Positions 47,501 through 56,773 of a DNA stretch of 64,000 bases are shown here, in pieces. How positions within the stretch are numbered: position 1 is the first letter of the stretch; each line of letters opens with the position of its first letter. This DNA comes from a virus (taxonomy: Duplodnaviria > Caudoviricetes), in the IMG/VR virus record IMGVR_UViG_3300012016_000003, positions 23,612 through 87,611 of that record. One strand, given 5' to 3'. The notes beneath the pieces were generated by a model that was not told where the DNA came from, made no database searches, and saw nothing but the letters and a program-made list of their open reading frames with translations. The position numbers were made by a program, and so were the translations under genes.

Positions 47501-47506
47501 AGTTTT

Positions 47507-48322
47507 ATGAAAAAGAAGACTTTAGAAGAAGTTTTGTTGTTATTCAACAAAACATGGGGGGATAGGTATAATTATAGACACATCACCCCACAAGCGTTTA
47601 AAGGGGCTTCCAAAGAAGTGCCAATAGAGTGTAACAAGCATGGCATTTTTTGGATGACACCATGCGACCATTACCACCATCATGGATGTCCTGATTGTGA
47701 CCATGAACGCAAAAAAGAACCAAAGTTTTATGAACGCAAACTACTGTTCGGTGTTGGGAAATTGGATGTTGATTATTCTATTAACACAAATGAACTTAGC
47801 AGAGAAGCTTATCGAGATTGGTATGAAATGCTAAAAAGGTGTTATAATGAGAACAATTTAAAACTATACCCAACGTACCGTGATTGTTATGTTTGTGAAG
47901 AATGGAAATGCTTCTCAAACTTTAAAAAATGGTTTGAAGATAATCACATTAGCGGATATTGCCTTGACAAAGATATACTCATAAAAGGGAATAAGAAATA
48001 TGCACCAGACACTTGTTGTTATATACCACAAGAGATAAACAAACTTTTATTAAACAAAAAAATGTGTAGGGGTAAATACCCTATTGGTGTTTACAAATCA
48101 ATAAGGAATGGTAAATATATATATTATTCTGCAAAATTTCATAAAAATGGAGAAGATGTAAATCTTGGCTATTACCCTACGCCACAAGATGCCTTTCAAG
48201 CATACAAGGCAGCAAAAGAATCACACATTCAAGATGTTGCAACTCTTTATTTTGAACAAGGTAAAATCACTAAAAAAGTATATAATGCGCTTTTAAATTA
48301 TGAAGTAGAAATAACGGACTAA
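47507..48322 (+). mobile_element. Free-standing HNH-type endonuclease with N-terminal zinc domain and C-terminal AP2-like domain
   Basis: IECNKHG...GCPDC, LDKDILIKGNKKYAPDTCCYIPQEIN and LGYYPTPQDAFQAY; likely start ATG47507. Confidence 0.75.
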
Positions 48323-48323
48323 T

Positions 48324-48923
48324 ATGGATGAACTTTTAGAATACAAAAAAAACTCTATACTTGGCAAAATAGGAGGTCAAAAGCTTTGCGATGAATATAG
48401 GAAAGCTTGGCAAACTTGTGGCAATAATAAAGAAAAGCTAGTAAGATTTGCCATGCAGCAACAAAGCATTCCACATCTTGTTACTGCATGCTACCAAGGT
48501 CTTGGTTTGACCAAAAACTATATCAAGGAAAACTTTAAAGATTATATCAACGGCTATATCGTCAAGAATGTTGAAGGTGTTGAAGGTTACACATACGGGC
48601 TTTATATTGACTGGAACTATAAAAAAGACTTAGATATAAAGACTGATGTTTCAAACATTATGTGGTGTATAGGCGTAAGGACTATAATACCTCAAACAAA
48701 ATGCCCTATCCTATACATAAGTAACAGTTCAACCATACACTTGGTAGGCGAAGGGTACAACAACCCGACAATCTACCTATTTGACGATAGCAAGGTAATC
48801 ATTGATGATATGGATGAGGTAAGCAAGGTAAGGGTCTACAAGTATGGCGAAAAGGCAAAGGTCGAAATAGGCAAGTATTGCCTTGGGGATGTGAAGGTAT
48901 TTGAAAAGGAACTTAGATTATAA
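48324..48923 (+). CDS. Hypothetical tail-region protein
   Basis: 199 aa; follows the tape measure and endonuclease. Confidence 0.7.
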   Translation: MDELLEYKKNSILGKIGGQKLCDEYRKAWQTCGNNKEKLVRFAMQQQSIPHLVTACYQGLGLTKNYIKENFKDYINGYIVKNVEGVEGYTYGLYIDWNYKKDLDIKTDVSNIMWCIGVRTIIPQTKCPILYISNSSTIHLVGEGYNNPTIYLFDDSKVIIDDMDEVSKVRVYKYGEKAKVEIGKYCLGDVKVFEKELRL

Positions 48924-48932
48924 TTTTGGAAA

Positions 48933-49418
48933 ATGGCACAAGATTTGAAGAACAAGTATTTCGTCAAGAAAAGAAGCAATGGGGAGTTTACCGATGTAAC
49001 CACATTGTTTGACGGATTGAGGATATTGAAGGTTGACGGGTTTCTTGCTAAGGGAAAGCCAGTGAACATATATACTGCACAATGGATAAACGAGCAAGAA
49101 GAGGATTTCCTGATAACAACAACGGATGAGAATGACAACCCAGTTGTGGTGCGTGAGAATGTGGACTTGGACATCACTTTCATTGTAAGGCAGAAATATG
49201 CAACGGGGCAGATTGATGTCCAGCAACAACATGACTTGTTCAGGGACTATATGACTGGGAGTGACGTGTGGATAAAGTCAGCCTATGTGGGCAACAAATA
49301 TGTTCACTGCATCTGCCTAAAGGAATACAAGCCCACAACCATAAAGCTGCAACGTGGGGATGATTCTTGGGTTATGGGAACTATAACCCTACACACGCTT
49401 GATGCACCGATATTGTAG
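48933..49418 (+). CDS. Distal tail (Dit)-like protein
   Basis: 161 aa, beta-rich; position after the tape measure. Confidence 0.55.
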   Translation: MAQDLKNKYFVKKRSNGEFTDVTTLFDGLRILKVDGFLAKGKPVNIYTAQWINEQEEDFLITTTDENDNPVVVRENVDLDITFIVRQKYATGQIDVQQQHDLFRDYMTGSDVWIKSAYVGNKYVHCICLKEYKPTTIKLQRGDDSWVMGTITLHTLDAPIL

Positions 49419-49440
49419 TGTTTTCTTTCATATATAAAAA

Positions 49441-49480
49441 GAAATGCCACTTGACCTTTGCTTGGGTTCGGTGGCATTTC
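49441..49480. terminator. Hairpin between convergent operons
   Basis: GAAATGCCAC...GTGGCATTTC 10-bp stem. Confidence 0.65.
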
Positions 49481-49527
49481 ACGTTAAACACTATATAAAT
49501 AATAACATGGAAAGAAACAATTCAAAG

Positions 49528-49911
49528 CTAGAAAATCCTCTTGTACCAAGGCTTCTTTTCCTTCAACCTGAACAATTCCTTGCTCAAGGCATCATTCCTT
49601 GTCTTTAAGATGTTCATTTCCTCAATGGACTTCTTCTGCTTATCCATCGAAGCCATGAAAGCACGTTCCGTATGGTAGAGCCTATCATTCAAGCCCTTTA
49701 CCATCTTTTCCAATTCCTCCACCTCACTTATCTTTCCCTCATATAGCACATCGCCCTCAAGGTCAAGACTCTTGTAGTGTTCCACACGTTCCTTTAAGGA
49801 ATTGTTTATACCACGTAGGGCTGCATTTTGCCTACGGAGGTACAATACCTCTTCTTCCAAAGTCATAGGTTCTTTTTCTTTTGCCATAATCCCTTTTATT
49901 TTATTGTTCAA
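49528..49911 (-). CDS. Coiled-coil hypothetical protein
   Basis: Heptad repeats and a KKPWYKRIF tail. Confidence 0.7.
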   Translation of the reverse strand: MNNKIKGIMAKEKEPMTLEEEVLYLRRQNAALRGINNSLKERVEHYKSLDLEGDVLYEGKISEVEELEKMVKGLNDRLYHTERAFMASMDKQKKSIEEMNILKTRNDALSKELFRLKEKKPWYKRIF

Positions 49912-50313
49912 CTAGAAATCTGGTTCATTGTAGCCATCCAAGTCAGGCGTTCCGCTGGAGTGCAGCAAGCTTTCCTTTACCATCCTTTGCTCTTGCTTTA
50001 CACTAGCCCTTGGATAGCTTGCTATGTTCAAGGTCTGCCCTATGAAGGAATATCCGTCAACCAAGGTTTCCTTTTCAATGGCATAGGGAAGTGCCTCGCC
50101 TTTCACGGTCACAAGCATCCCAGTGTTGAAGAACTTGTTTATGTAGTTGCGCAAGCCGTTCTTGAAGATGACTTTCCAAGAAAGGTACTTGTCATCCACA
50201 ATGTCCCCATTGGGTTTCTTGTACCCTTTCTTGTACTCATCTACAAAAACAAGTACGGCATCTGGGAGATACTTTATATTGTTTATGAAACCAGTAACTT
50301 GAATGTCTGCCAT
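49912..50313 (-). CDS. ssb: Single-stranded DNA-binding protein
   Basis: OB-fold pattern (GMLVTVKG) and acidic ...EPDF tail. Confidence 0.7.
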   Translation of the reverse strand: MADIQVTGFINNIKYLPDAVLVFVDEYKKGYKKPNGDIVDDKYLSWKVIFKNGLRNYINKFFNTGMLVTVKGEALPYAIEKETLVDGYSFIGQTLNIASYPRASVKQEQRMVKESLLHSSGTPDLDGYNEPDF

Positions 50314-50316
50314 CTC

Positions 50317-50538
50317 CTATTCCCCTTTCACTCCATATTCGGAATTGATAAGCATGTCAATGAAGTCCTTTGCCTTTTCCAAGTCTTCCTTGCCACCCTT
50401 TTCACGAAAACGTGTCACATATTTTACAACTGAGAACTGGCAAGCATCAAGCCTATTTCTCATGGCATATTCCACTGGGGTTATTGCCAATCCAAGATAG
50501 TGTGTGCCGCCAGTTTCCTGCTTATATACATCGCTCAT
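50317..50538 (-). CDS. DUF3310 / T7 gp1.7-like nucleotide kinase domain protein
   Basis: GGTHY...KYVTRFREKGGKEDLEKAKDFIDMLI. Confidence 0.8.
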   Translation of the reverse strand: MSDVYKQETGGTHYLGLAITPVEYAMRNRLDACQFSVVKYVTRFREKGGKEDLEKAKDFIDMLINSEYGVKGE

Positions 50539-51002
50539 TTCTTCTTTCCCTTTGACTTTTTAAGCACCTCATCAATGTCAAAAATTGAATCTAGGATTGC
50601 AAGGATGATGTTATCACTTGAATCCAAGTCCGCTTCCTTGCATATCTTTTCAATGGTGCGCTTCTTCTTTAGTGCAAGTGCAGACTCGGCAACGTGTATC
50701 ATGATGTCATTGAACTTTGTGCATACATCATCATCCTCATCTGCCAACGTGTGCATTATGGCATTCAAGAAGGAATTAGCAATACCTATGGTTTGTGCTT
50801 TTGCATCACTTGTGCAAGACTTGTGGAACACCGCACTATACAAGGCATCGCTCAATTCTTTCTGGTCGCCAGTAAAGCCAACGAAACCATTGTCACTATC
50901 CTTCTTTACATACAGCACAAGGCAAGTGTCGCCCTTCTTTGTGCATTCATCAACCAAGGCTTCCGCAGCCTTGCAATTCTTTACATTTTCTTTCATAATC
51001 AC
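50535..51002 (-). CDS. Hypothetical protein
   Basis: 155-aa ORF in the operon. Confidence 0.7.
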   Translation of the reverse strand: MIMKENVKNCKAAEALVDECTKKGDTCLVLYVKKDSDNGFVGFTGDQKELSDALYSAVFHKSCTSDAKAQTIGIANSFLNAIMHTLADEDDDVCTKFNDIMIHVAESALALKKKRTIEKICKEADLDSSDNIILAILDSIFDIDEVLKKSKGKKK

Positions 51003-51103
51003 TAAAAATTAAAATAAAATGGTTTAACACTAAGTTTTCGTTGTAAAGTTATCACTTAATTTTGAATATACAAACTTTGGCATAAATTTTAAATGTTTTT
51101 TAA

Positions 51104-51961
51104 CTATTTAAATTTAATGTTAAAATAATTTTCCAGAAATTCCTTACAATTTATTCCATTATCAAACAAGTTTTTTCCAAACATTTGTTGAAAACGAACA
51201 TTAGACCCTTCACAAAAAACATCAAAACAAAAAAACTCATATCCATCCTTGACAAGCTTAGCCATTTTGCTAAGTGGGTGAGTATCAATGTATTGCCCCC
51301 CCCCACGAACATATAATTTAACCATGTTTGGATGTTCTTTAAACTCTTTTAGCCTATTTTTGTGAGATGCTAAAGGGCAGCCAATACAACCAAGCCTACG
51401 TTCTACATGGAAATTACCTTCTACATCATAATAAAGTGGATGACACTTTATGTGTCTTTCCTCAATGAAATCAAAGACATCTTTTTTTGTCCACTCTAGA
51501 ATGGGGAAATACTGTCTTGTTTTTTCTTTCTTGTTGTAAACATAGCATTTCTCTGGCTCTTTATATAATGCTTTTCTTTTATAACTTTCATCAGCACGAA
51601 TGCCAAACACCATATAATCAGCAATGTAACGCTCTTTAAGTATTCGACAACAAAAACGCCTCTTTCTTGATGGGAATCCTTTTTCCTTTATTAGTTCTAA
51701 GAAAGTCTTTTGAGGTTTGTTAATTTCACATCCATTGTCAATAGCATGTCTAATTGTGCCAACTGGGTCAATGGTGGTAACTAAATGCACAGCCTTATAA
51801 GGAACTTTACTCATTTTTACAAGTTCAAGAATAACATCACTATCCTTCCCACCCGAATATCCTAGTGCTATTTCTCTTTGTCCATTCTTGTTGGCTATTT
51901 TACTTGCACTTTGTATTAACTTAATAGCACGGTCTATTTTCTTTTGTAATTCCTCTGCCAT
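51104..51961 (-). CDS. PAPS reductase family (PP-loop, Fe-S) protein
   Basis: YSGGKDS, RFCCRILKE, GIRADES and RLGCIGCP motifs. Confidence 0.85.
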   Translation of the reverse strand: MAEELQKKIDRAIKLIQSASKIANKNGQREIALGYSGGKDSDVILELVKMSKVPYKAVHLVTTIDPVGTIRHAIDNGCEINKPQKTFLELIKEKGFPSRKRRFCCRILKERYIADYMVFGIRADESYKRKALYKEPEKCYVYNKKEKTRQYFPILEWTKKDVFDFIEERHIKCHPLYYDVEGNFHVERRLGCIGCPLASHKNRLKEFKEHPNMVKLYVRGGGQYIDTHPLSKMAKLVKDGYEFFCFDVFCEGSNVRFQQMFGKNLFDNGINCKEFLENYFNIKFK

Positions 51962-51985
51962 AATATCTTTTATTAATTAGTTTAG

Positions 51986-54184
51986 TTAGAAAGGACAATC
52001 CTCGGATGGGGCACTGAAAGGCATATCACTTGTAGCATTGCTTTGATGAAAGCCCGTATTAGCCATTTCTTTGGCTTGTAAGCCACTTTCTTGCCCTTGG
52101 CGGTATTGTTGCCCACCATTGCCATAATCAAGCCCTATAGTGCCCTCTATTGGTTCTTGTTCCCATCCATATTGTATGTTTTCATTCTCATCATTCTTGA
52201 ACCTACGGCTTTCTATCTCATATTGCATGCCAACTAGGACATCAACAACGCCATACATTCGGTTCTTTGATATTTCAACCACATTGCCGAAACCTTGGAA
52301 CTGCTGTATGTACCCTTGCCCGTAGAACTCAGCACCAGCCTTGAAGAAATCCTGATTCACACGATGGCATATTAGTACATTGTCTACCACATTGGTAAGG
52401 TCACTAGTACCGCATATATCATTCTTTCTAAGGAATGCCATAGACTTCCTTGGATGGGCTACAAGGATGACATGAACATCGTTCTTCTTTGCAAAATCCT
52501 TAATCTGCAAAATCAGTTCCTTCTGCTTGCCGTTCTTGTCACCATCCAAAAGGTCAATATCCAAGGACATAAGGTTGTCAAGAATGAACATCTTCACGCC
52601 AACGGAAAGCAGTAGGGTCATATCATGGAATACCTCCTTCCACACCGAACCGTACTTGTTGTTGAAAATGAAGAACTTTCCTTCCATCCACTTGTCTATC
52701 CTTTCCCCGATATTGTTAGGCACATAGTACTTGCCATCGCCATAGGTGGAAAGGCGTAGGTTGTTCTTTCCCGCAGCCACCATCTGCACCCAAGCCTTTA
52801 GGATAGGCGGCTCAAACTCACCTGACCATAAGGCTACCTTTGCCCCTTGTTGCAAGAAATTGCACACCAAGGTATTTATGAAAGATGACTTTCCACTGGC
52901 ATTTCCTCCAGACATCAAAGTAACCTCACCCTCTGCAAGACCAAGCATAAGCCTATCCATCTGCGTTATGCCAGTCTTGTAACGTGGGATTGCTGAAAGG
53001 TCTACTTTCTTGATGTCCGACATGCAAAGCCATTTCTTGCCAAGTTCGGGCAACTCATCCTTTATCTCATACTTCGGCTTTTGTTGCTGAACATATTGCC
53101 TTTGCGCATACATCATGGCTTGCGGTACATACACTGGCTTATCATAGGCATCAGGCTCATACTTTAGCCTTACATCATGCCAAGTCTTCCCCTTGCAATG
53201 CGAATGGGTACAGTTGAAGGTAATCTTGCCTTGTGCATCAACAAACAACGCACTGTCCCATTTCTTCCTATCACTATGCTGGTCTATCCAAGGGCATTCC
53301 TCGAGTTCATACAACGTACTGTCCCCACTTCGCTTTTCCCTATACCTTATGCCATGTGCATTCAACCATCCAACAAGGTCAAAAGGTTGGTTGTTTGAAT
53401 AAGCCATCCTACGTTGTTGGTTCGGCAACACCCTAGGCTCTTCCTTTGGCAATAGGTCTGCCACCTTCCTAAACAAGGCATCATCATTTGGCGACATATC
53501 CAAAGGAACTTTGACTATCCTAGCCATTCGCCAAGGTCTTTCCTTACTATTAGCACCCTTCTTTGCCCATGTGCCTATCAGCTTGTCTATACGTGCTGGG
53601 TTGAATACCTTTTCGTCTATTTCCACGCCACCGTCACTGAACATCTTGCCTAAGGACTGCAAGAACCTCTTGACAAGTTCATTGTGCTCATCATCATTGG
53701 GCATATCGCAAGGCAGGTACAAGTGCCATCCGTTTCCACTCTTTGTAATCAATGGCTCTTTGAAACCCTCCTTAATCAAGTAGCGATACAAGTCAACGGC
53801 TTTGAGGTGTGCCCTTTCCATTTCCTCATCACTGGAACTTATGCCAGCGGCACGGTTAGGGTCTAGGTCTATAAGTATCATCCTCCTTCGGACAATATCG
53901 CCATCAGTTGTAGTGGACTTTGGCTTCTTTATGAATACATCCCTCTGCTCACGGCTATATAGGTCTTCATTTATCTTGTTCAACGTGAAGTAAGCCTGAA
54001 GGTTTCCATAGTATTGCGCATTGTTGGCATCCAAGAATGGTTCTAGGCTTGCTATAAGCATTTCTATATCGGTAAAATAGCCACTATAGGTATTCTTGCC
54101 CAAAAGCCGTATCTCAACCAATTCATAGTCTTGGTTGAACACTGACCACCATTGCCTTATTTGTTCTTTATCTATTTCGTACAT
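51986..54184 (-). CDS. Primase-helicase fusion (DnaB/T7 gp4-like C-terminal helicase)
   Basis: Walker A SGGNASGKS, ILDNLM and LVAHPRK; N-terminal IDLD/SGNGWH primase-like motifs. Confidence 0.85.
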   Translation of the reverse strand: MYEIDKEQIRQWWSVFNQDYELVEIRLLGKNTYSGYFTDIEMLIASLEPFLDANNAQYYGNLQAYFTLNKINEDLYSREQRDVFIKKPKSTTTDGDIVRRRMILIDLDPNRAAGISSSDEEMERAHLKAVDLYRYLIKEGFKEPLITKSGNGWHLYLPCDMPNDDEHNELVKRFLQSLGKMFSDGGVEIDEKVFNPARIDKLIGTWAKKGANSKERPWRMARIVKVPLDMSPNDDALFRKVADLLPKEEPRVLPNQQRRMAYSNNQPFDLVGWLNAHGIRYREKRSGDSTLYELEECPWIDQHSDRKKWDSALFVDAQGKITFNCTHSHCKGKTWHDVRLKYEPDAYDKPVYVPQAMMYAQRQYVQQQKPKYEIKDELPELGKKWLCMSDIKKVDLSAIPRYKTGITQMDRLMLGLAEGEVTLMSGGNASGKSSFINTLVCNFLQQGAKVALWSGEFEPPILKAWVQMVAAGKNNLRLSTYGDGKYYVPNNIGERIDKWMEGKFFIFNNKYGSVWKEVFHDMTLLLSVGVKMFILDNLMSLDIDLLDGDKNGKQKELILQIKDFAKKNDVHVILVAHPRKSMAFLRKNDICGTSDLTNVVDNVLICHRVNQDFFKAGAEFYGQGYIQQFQGFGNVVEISKNRMYGVVDVLVGMQYEIESRRFKNDENENIQYGWEQEPIEGTIGLDYGNGGQQYRQGQESGLQAKEMANTGFHQSNATSDMPFSAPSEDCPF

Positions 54185-54444
54185 AATTCGCTAATCTTTT
54201 CTTTGCCAATTATATCTGCAATAAGTTCTGCGCATGACTTGCAAAATATCCTATTCTTGTCACCCTTTACAATGCCAAGGTAAGTGTATTCATCAAGATT
54301 AAACTTGTGACCACAACGAAAGCAAGAATGTGGCGTATTACGCAACCCTTTCCGTCCTTCGACAAAGGTTTCAAATTTCAACAAACGTGCAATATCCGTT
54401 ACTACATATTTCCTTGTAAAATGTTTTTCTATAATGTAATCCAT
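54172..54444 (-). CDS. Small zinc-finger protein
   Basis: CFRC...CKSC. Confidence 0.65.
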   Translation of the reverse strand: MDYIIEKHFTRKYVVTDIARLLKFETFVEGRKGLRNTPHSCFRCGHKFNLDEYTYLGIVKGDKNRIFCKSCAELIADIIGKEKISELCTK

Positions 54445-54470
54445 GCTTTATATCTTATTTATAACGATTC

Positions 54471-55187
54471 CTAGAACAAACTTAATTGCGTTTCCTCGGT
54501 GCTAATCCGCTTCAAGGCAATCTTGTAGTATTCGGGATATAGTTCAAAACCGATATAGTGCCGCTGTTCCTTCATAGCGGCAACGGCTGTTGTACCGCTA
54601 CCCATAAACGGGTCTAGGACAATATCCCCTTCCTTTGAACTGTTCCGTATAAGCCTCCTGATGATTTCTACTGGCTTTATGGTAGGATGCCCCCATTTCT
54701 TCTTATCCTCGTGGTTTATATAGCCAACCTCATAGGTCTTTGCATCCTCATAGCTTTTAGGATGCGTGAAGCCGCCAGTGTGAAAGTATAGGCAGAACTC
54801 GGTGTCGCTAAGATATTTGTTGAAATAGGTCGGCAATGCGTTCTGCTTGTGCCAGCATATTATCTCATACTTGCATTTCATTCCTTCCACATAAGTCTTG
54901 AAATAGTCCGCTATCTGCGCCTTGTTGCACCAGAAATAGGCATTTATCCCACCTCCTTGCAGACGCTTTACCTCCCTTGCAAACGCCTCGATGTCATAAC
55001 CCATCCGCAATCCAGCATCATCAAGGCCCTCAAGGGATTTGTCGAGTTTCTTTACCTTGTTCACACTGCCACCTCCACTTTTGCTTACTATATAGGGCGG
55101 GTCGGTAACAATGAGATTAACACTACCGTCTGGTATTGACTTCATGCCTTCAAAACAATCGATGTTGTATATCTTATCCAATTCCAT
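54471..55187 (-). CDS. DNA amino-methyltransferase (N6-A/N4-C, beta class)
   Basis: TDPPY, HPTIKP and DPFMGSGTT motifs. Confidence 0.9.
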   Translation of the reverse strand: MELDKIYNIDCFEGMKSIPDGSVNLIVTDPPYIVSKSGGGSVNKVKKLDKSLEGLDDAGLRMGYDIEAFAREVKRLQGGGINAYFWCNKAQIADYFKTYVEGMKCKYEIICWHKQNALPTYFNKYLSDTEFCLYFHTGGFTHPKSYEDAKTYEVGYINHEDKKKWGHPTIKPVEIIRRLIRNSSKEGDIVLDPFMGSGTTAVAAMKEQRHYIGFELYPEYYKIALKRISTEETQLSLF

Positions 55188-55205
55188 ATAATATAAAAAA
55201 ATAAA

Positions 55206-55937
55206 TTAAAACAGCGTTAATTGCATACGTTCCCTTTGCAGCCTTTCGCAAGAAACGTCAAAATACTTCTTTTCCTTCTCTATACATACGAACCTTCTTC
55301 CAGTCTTGTATGCGGCTATCGCCAATGTTCCGCTACCGCAGAAAGGGTCTATGACGAGTTCGCCCTCTTTCGATGAAAGCATAACAAGCCGCTGGAAAAG
55401 TTCCACTGGCTTTGCCGTAGGGTGCAGCTTGTCCTTTTCGGTCGGGACGTGGATAACCTTGTTGTAGACCTCATTTGGGGTTATCTTGTTCAGCGCAGTG
55501 CCGAAATCGTATATACGGCATATATACTCGGCATTCGTGCTGAATCGGTTCTTGTTTATGACCGAAAGCGGCTTTTCCCAAGTAAGTATCTGGAAATGCA
55601 GCCCATTCTCACGTGCCCACATGCCATATATGGGAACTTGCGTGTCACTGCAACAAATATACATATTAGGTATCTTGAACTTTGGAAGAACCAAATCAAG
55701 AAATCGCCTAATATCCTCAACCCCGAACTTCGACATCTGGTTGTAAATCATATCCCCAGTATCGAATATGCTGCCCTTTCCAAGAAGGGTTCTAGTACCC
55801 ATCGCTGCACTTGTGTGCCAACGCCCGTTGTCGAACAAGTAAGGCGGGTCGGTGACCATCAGCGAAACGCTTTTGTCATCCAATTCGCCAATGAGTTCAA
55901 AGCAGTCGCCATTGTATATCTTGTCAAGTTCAATCAT
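55206..55937 (-). CDS. DNA amino-methyltransferase (N6-A/N4-C, beta class), second copy
   Basis: TDPPY, HPTAKP and DPFCGSGT motifs. Confidence 0.9.
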   Translation of the reverse strand: MIELDKIYNGDCFELIGELDDKSVSLMVTDPPYLFDNGRWHTSAAMGTRTLLGKGSIFDTGDMIYNQMSKFGVEDIRRFLDLVLPKFKIPNMYICCSDTQVPIYGMWARENGLHFQILTWEKPLSVINKNRFSTNAEYICRIYDFGTALNKITPNEVYNKVIHVPTEKDKLHPTAKPVELFQRLVMLSSKEGELVIDPFCGSGTLAIAAYKTGRRFVCIEKEKKYFDVSCERLQRERMQLTLF

Positions 55938-56571
55938 ACTTTTCCCATTTCATAGATTCACTATTCCAAGTTATAACGCCACGCCCGTTGTTAAGCTTTA
56001 TCAAAGCACCGTTGGGTCTTGACTCATCATCATACCCATCTGCAATAGGCTCATTCCTATCCCAATATCCAAGGTATATATAGCAGCCAAGCATTTCACT
56101 CCAGCATAATGCACCGTCACATATAGGCATATAGGTTTCCTCCTTGCCCTTTTCACGCTTGTCAGGGTCATACACAACCTTGTTGTCTGCATATACCACG
56201 GTCTTGAAAACCTTGTCACGCAAGTAACGCTCAAAATCCTTCTGGTACTGTATCTCACGGCTTGAAACATAAGCCTTGATGTGGGCTAGCACACCGCCCT
56301 TTTCCCTTTCGGAAAGCTTCTTCCAATACTCCAATGACTTTTTCTTGCTGCCCTTGCGCTTGTAGGCAACCCAGCACTCTTCAAAAAGTTCCTTGTTAGG
56401 CACTTGTGCCCTAAGATAGTCTACAATCTCTGCCATCTGGTCGAAGGATATGAAAAAATCTTCACTCACTTGCAACCTATCAACTGGCAACCCGCCAAAG
56501 TCTAGGTCTTTGCATTTTAGGATGGTTGCAATATGCTCTGCTTGCCCATCCGTAGTAACTTGTAATGCCAT
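55930..56571 (-). CDS. Hypothetical protein with replication-organiser-like middle domain
   Basis: FEECWVAYKRKGSKKKSLEYWKKL...QYQKDFERYL pattern. Confidence 0.6.
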   Translation of the reverse strand: MALQVTTDGQAEHIATILKCKDLDFGGLPVDRLQVSEDFFISFDQMAEIVDYLRAQVPNKELFEECWVAYKRKGSKKKSLEYWKKLSEREKGGVLAHIKAYVSSREIQYQKDFERYLRDKVFKTVVYADNKVVYDPDKREKGKEETYMPICDGALCWSEMLGCYIYLGYWDRNEPIADGYDDESRPNGALIKLNNGRGVITWNSESMKWEKYD

Positions 56572-56619
56572 ACTATTTGTGTACTTTAAATCGTTATGTG
56601 CCGTTTTATCTAAAAAATG

Positions 56620-56760
56620 GGCGAATGAAAGACGTACACAAAACTTTCACTTGCAGCCTTGCAAGTAGCTGGCTTGCTCACGCCCTACGGCTGCTTTTCT
56701 TCAAAAACCGCATCATCTACGGTTTCGTAACCTTTTCAACACATGGTTGATAGGCAAAAA
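56620..56760 (-). ncRNA. Structured intergenic RNA downstream of folE
   Basis: Several hairpins, including GCAGCC/GGCTGC enclosing GTAG/CTAC and GGC/GCC. Confidence 0.4.
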
Positions 56761-56773
56761 TAAAATACACAAA

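Noticed and set aside
47378-47506. Annotated N-terminal extension METFSILCIF... of the endonuclease
   Set aside because: It overlaps the promoter and structured leader; ATG47507 is the likely start.
33849-54184. Inteins in terminase or helicase
   Set aside because: Protein sizes are normal and no C/S...HN splice motifs or LAGLIDADG blocks were seen.
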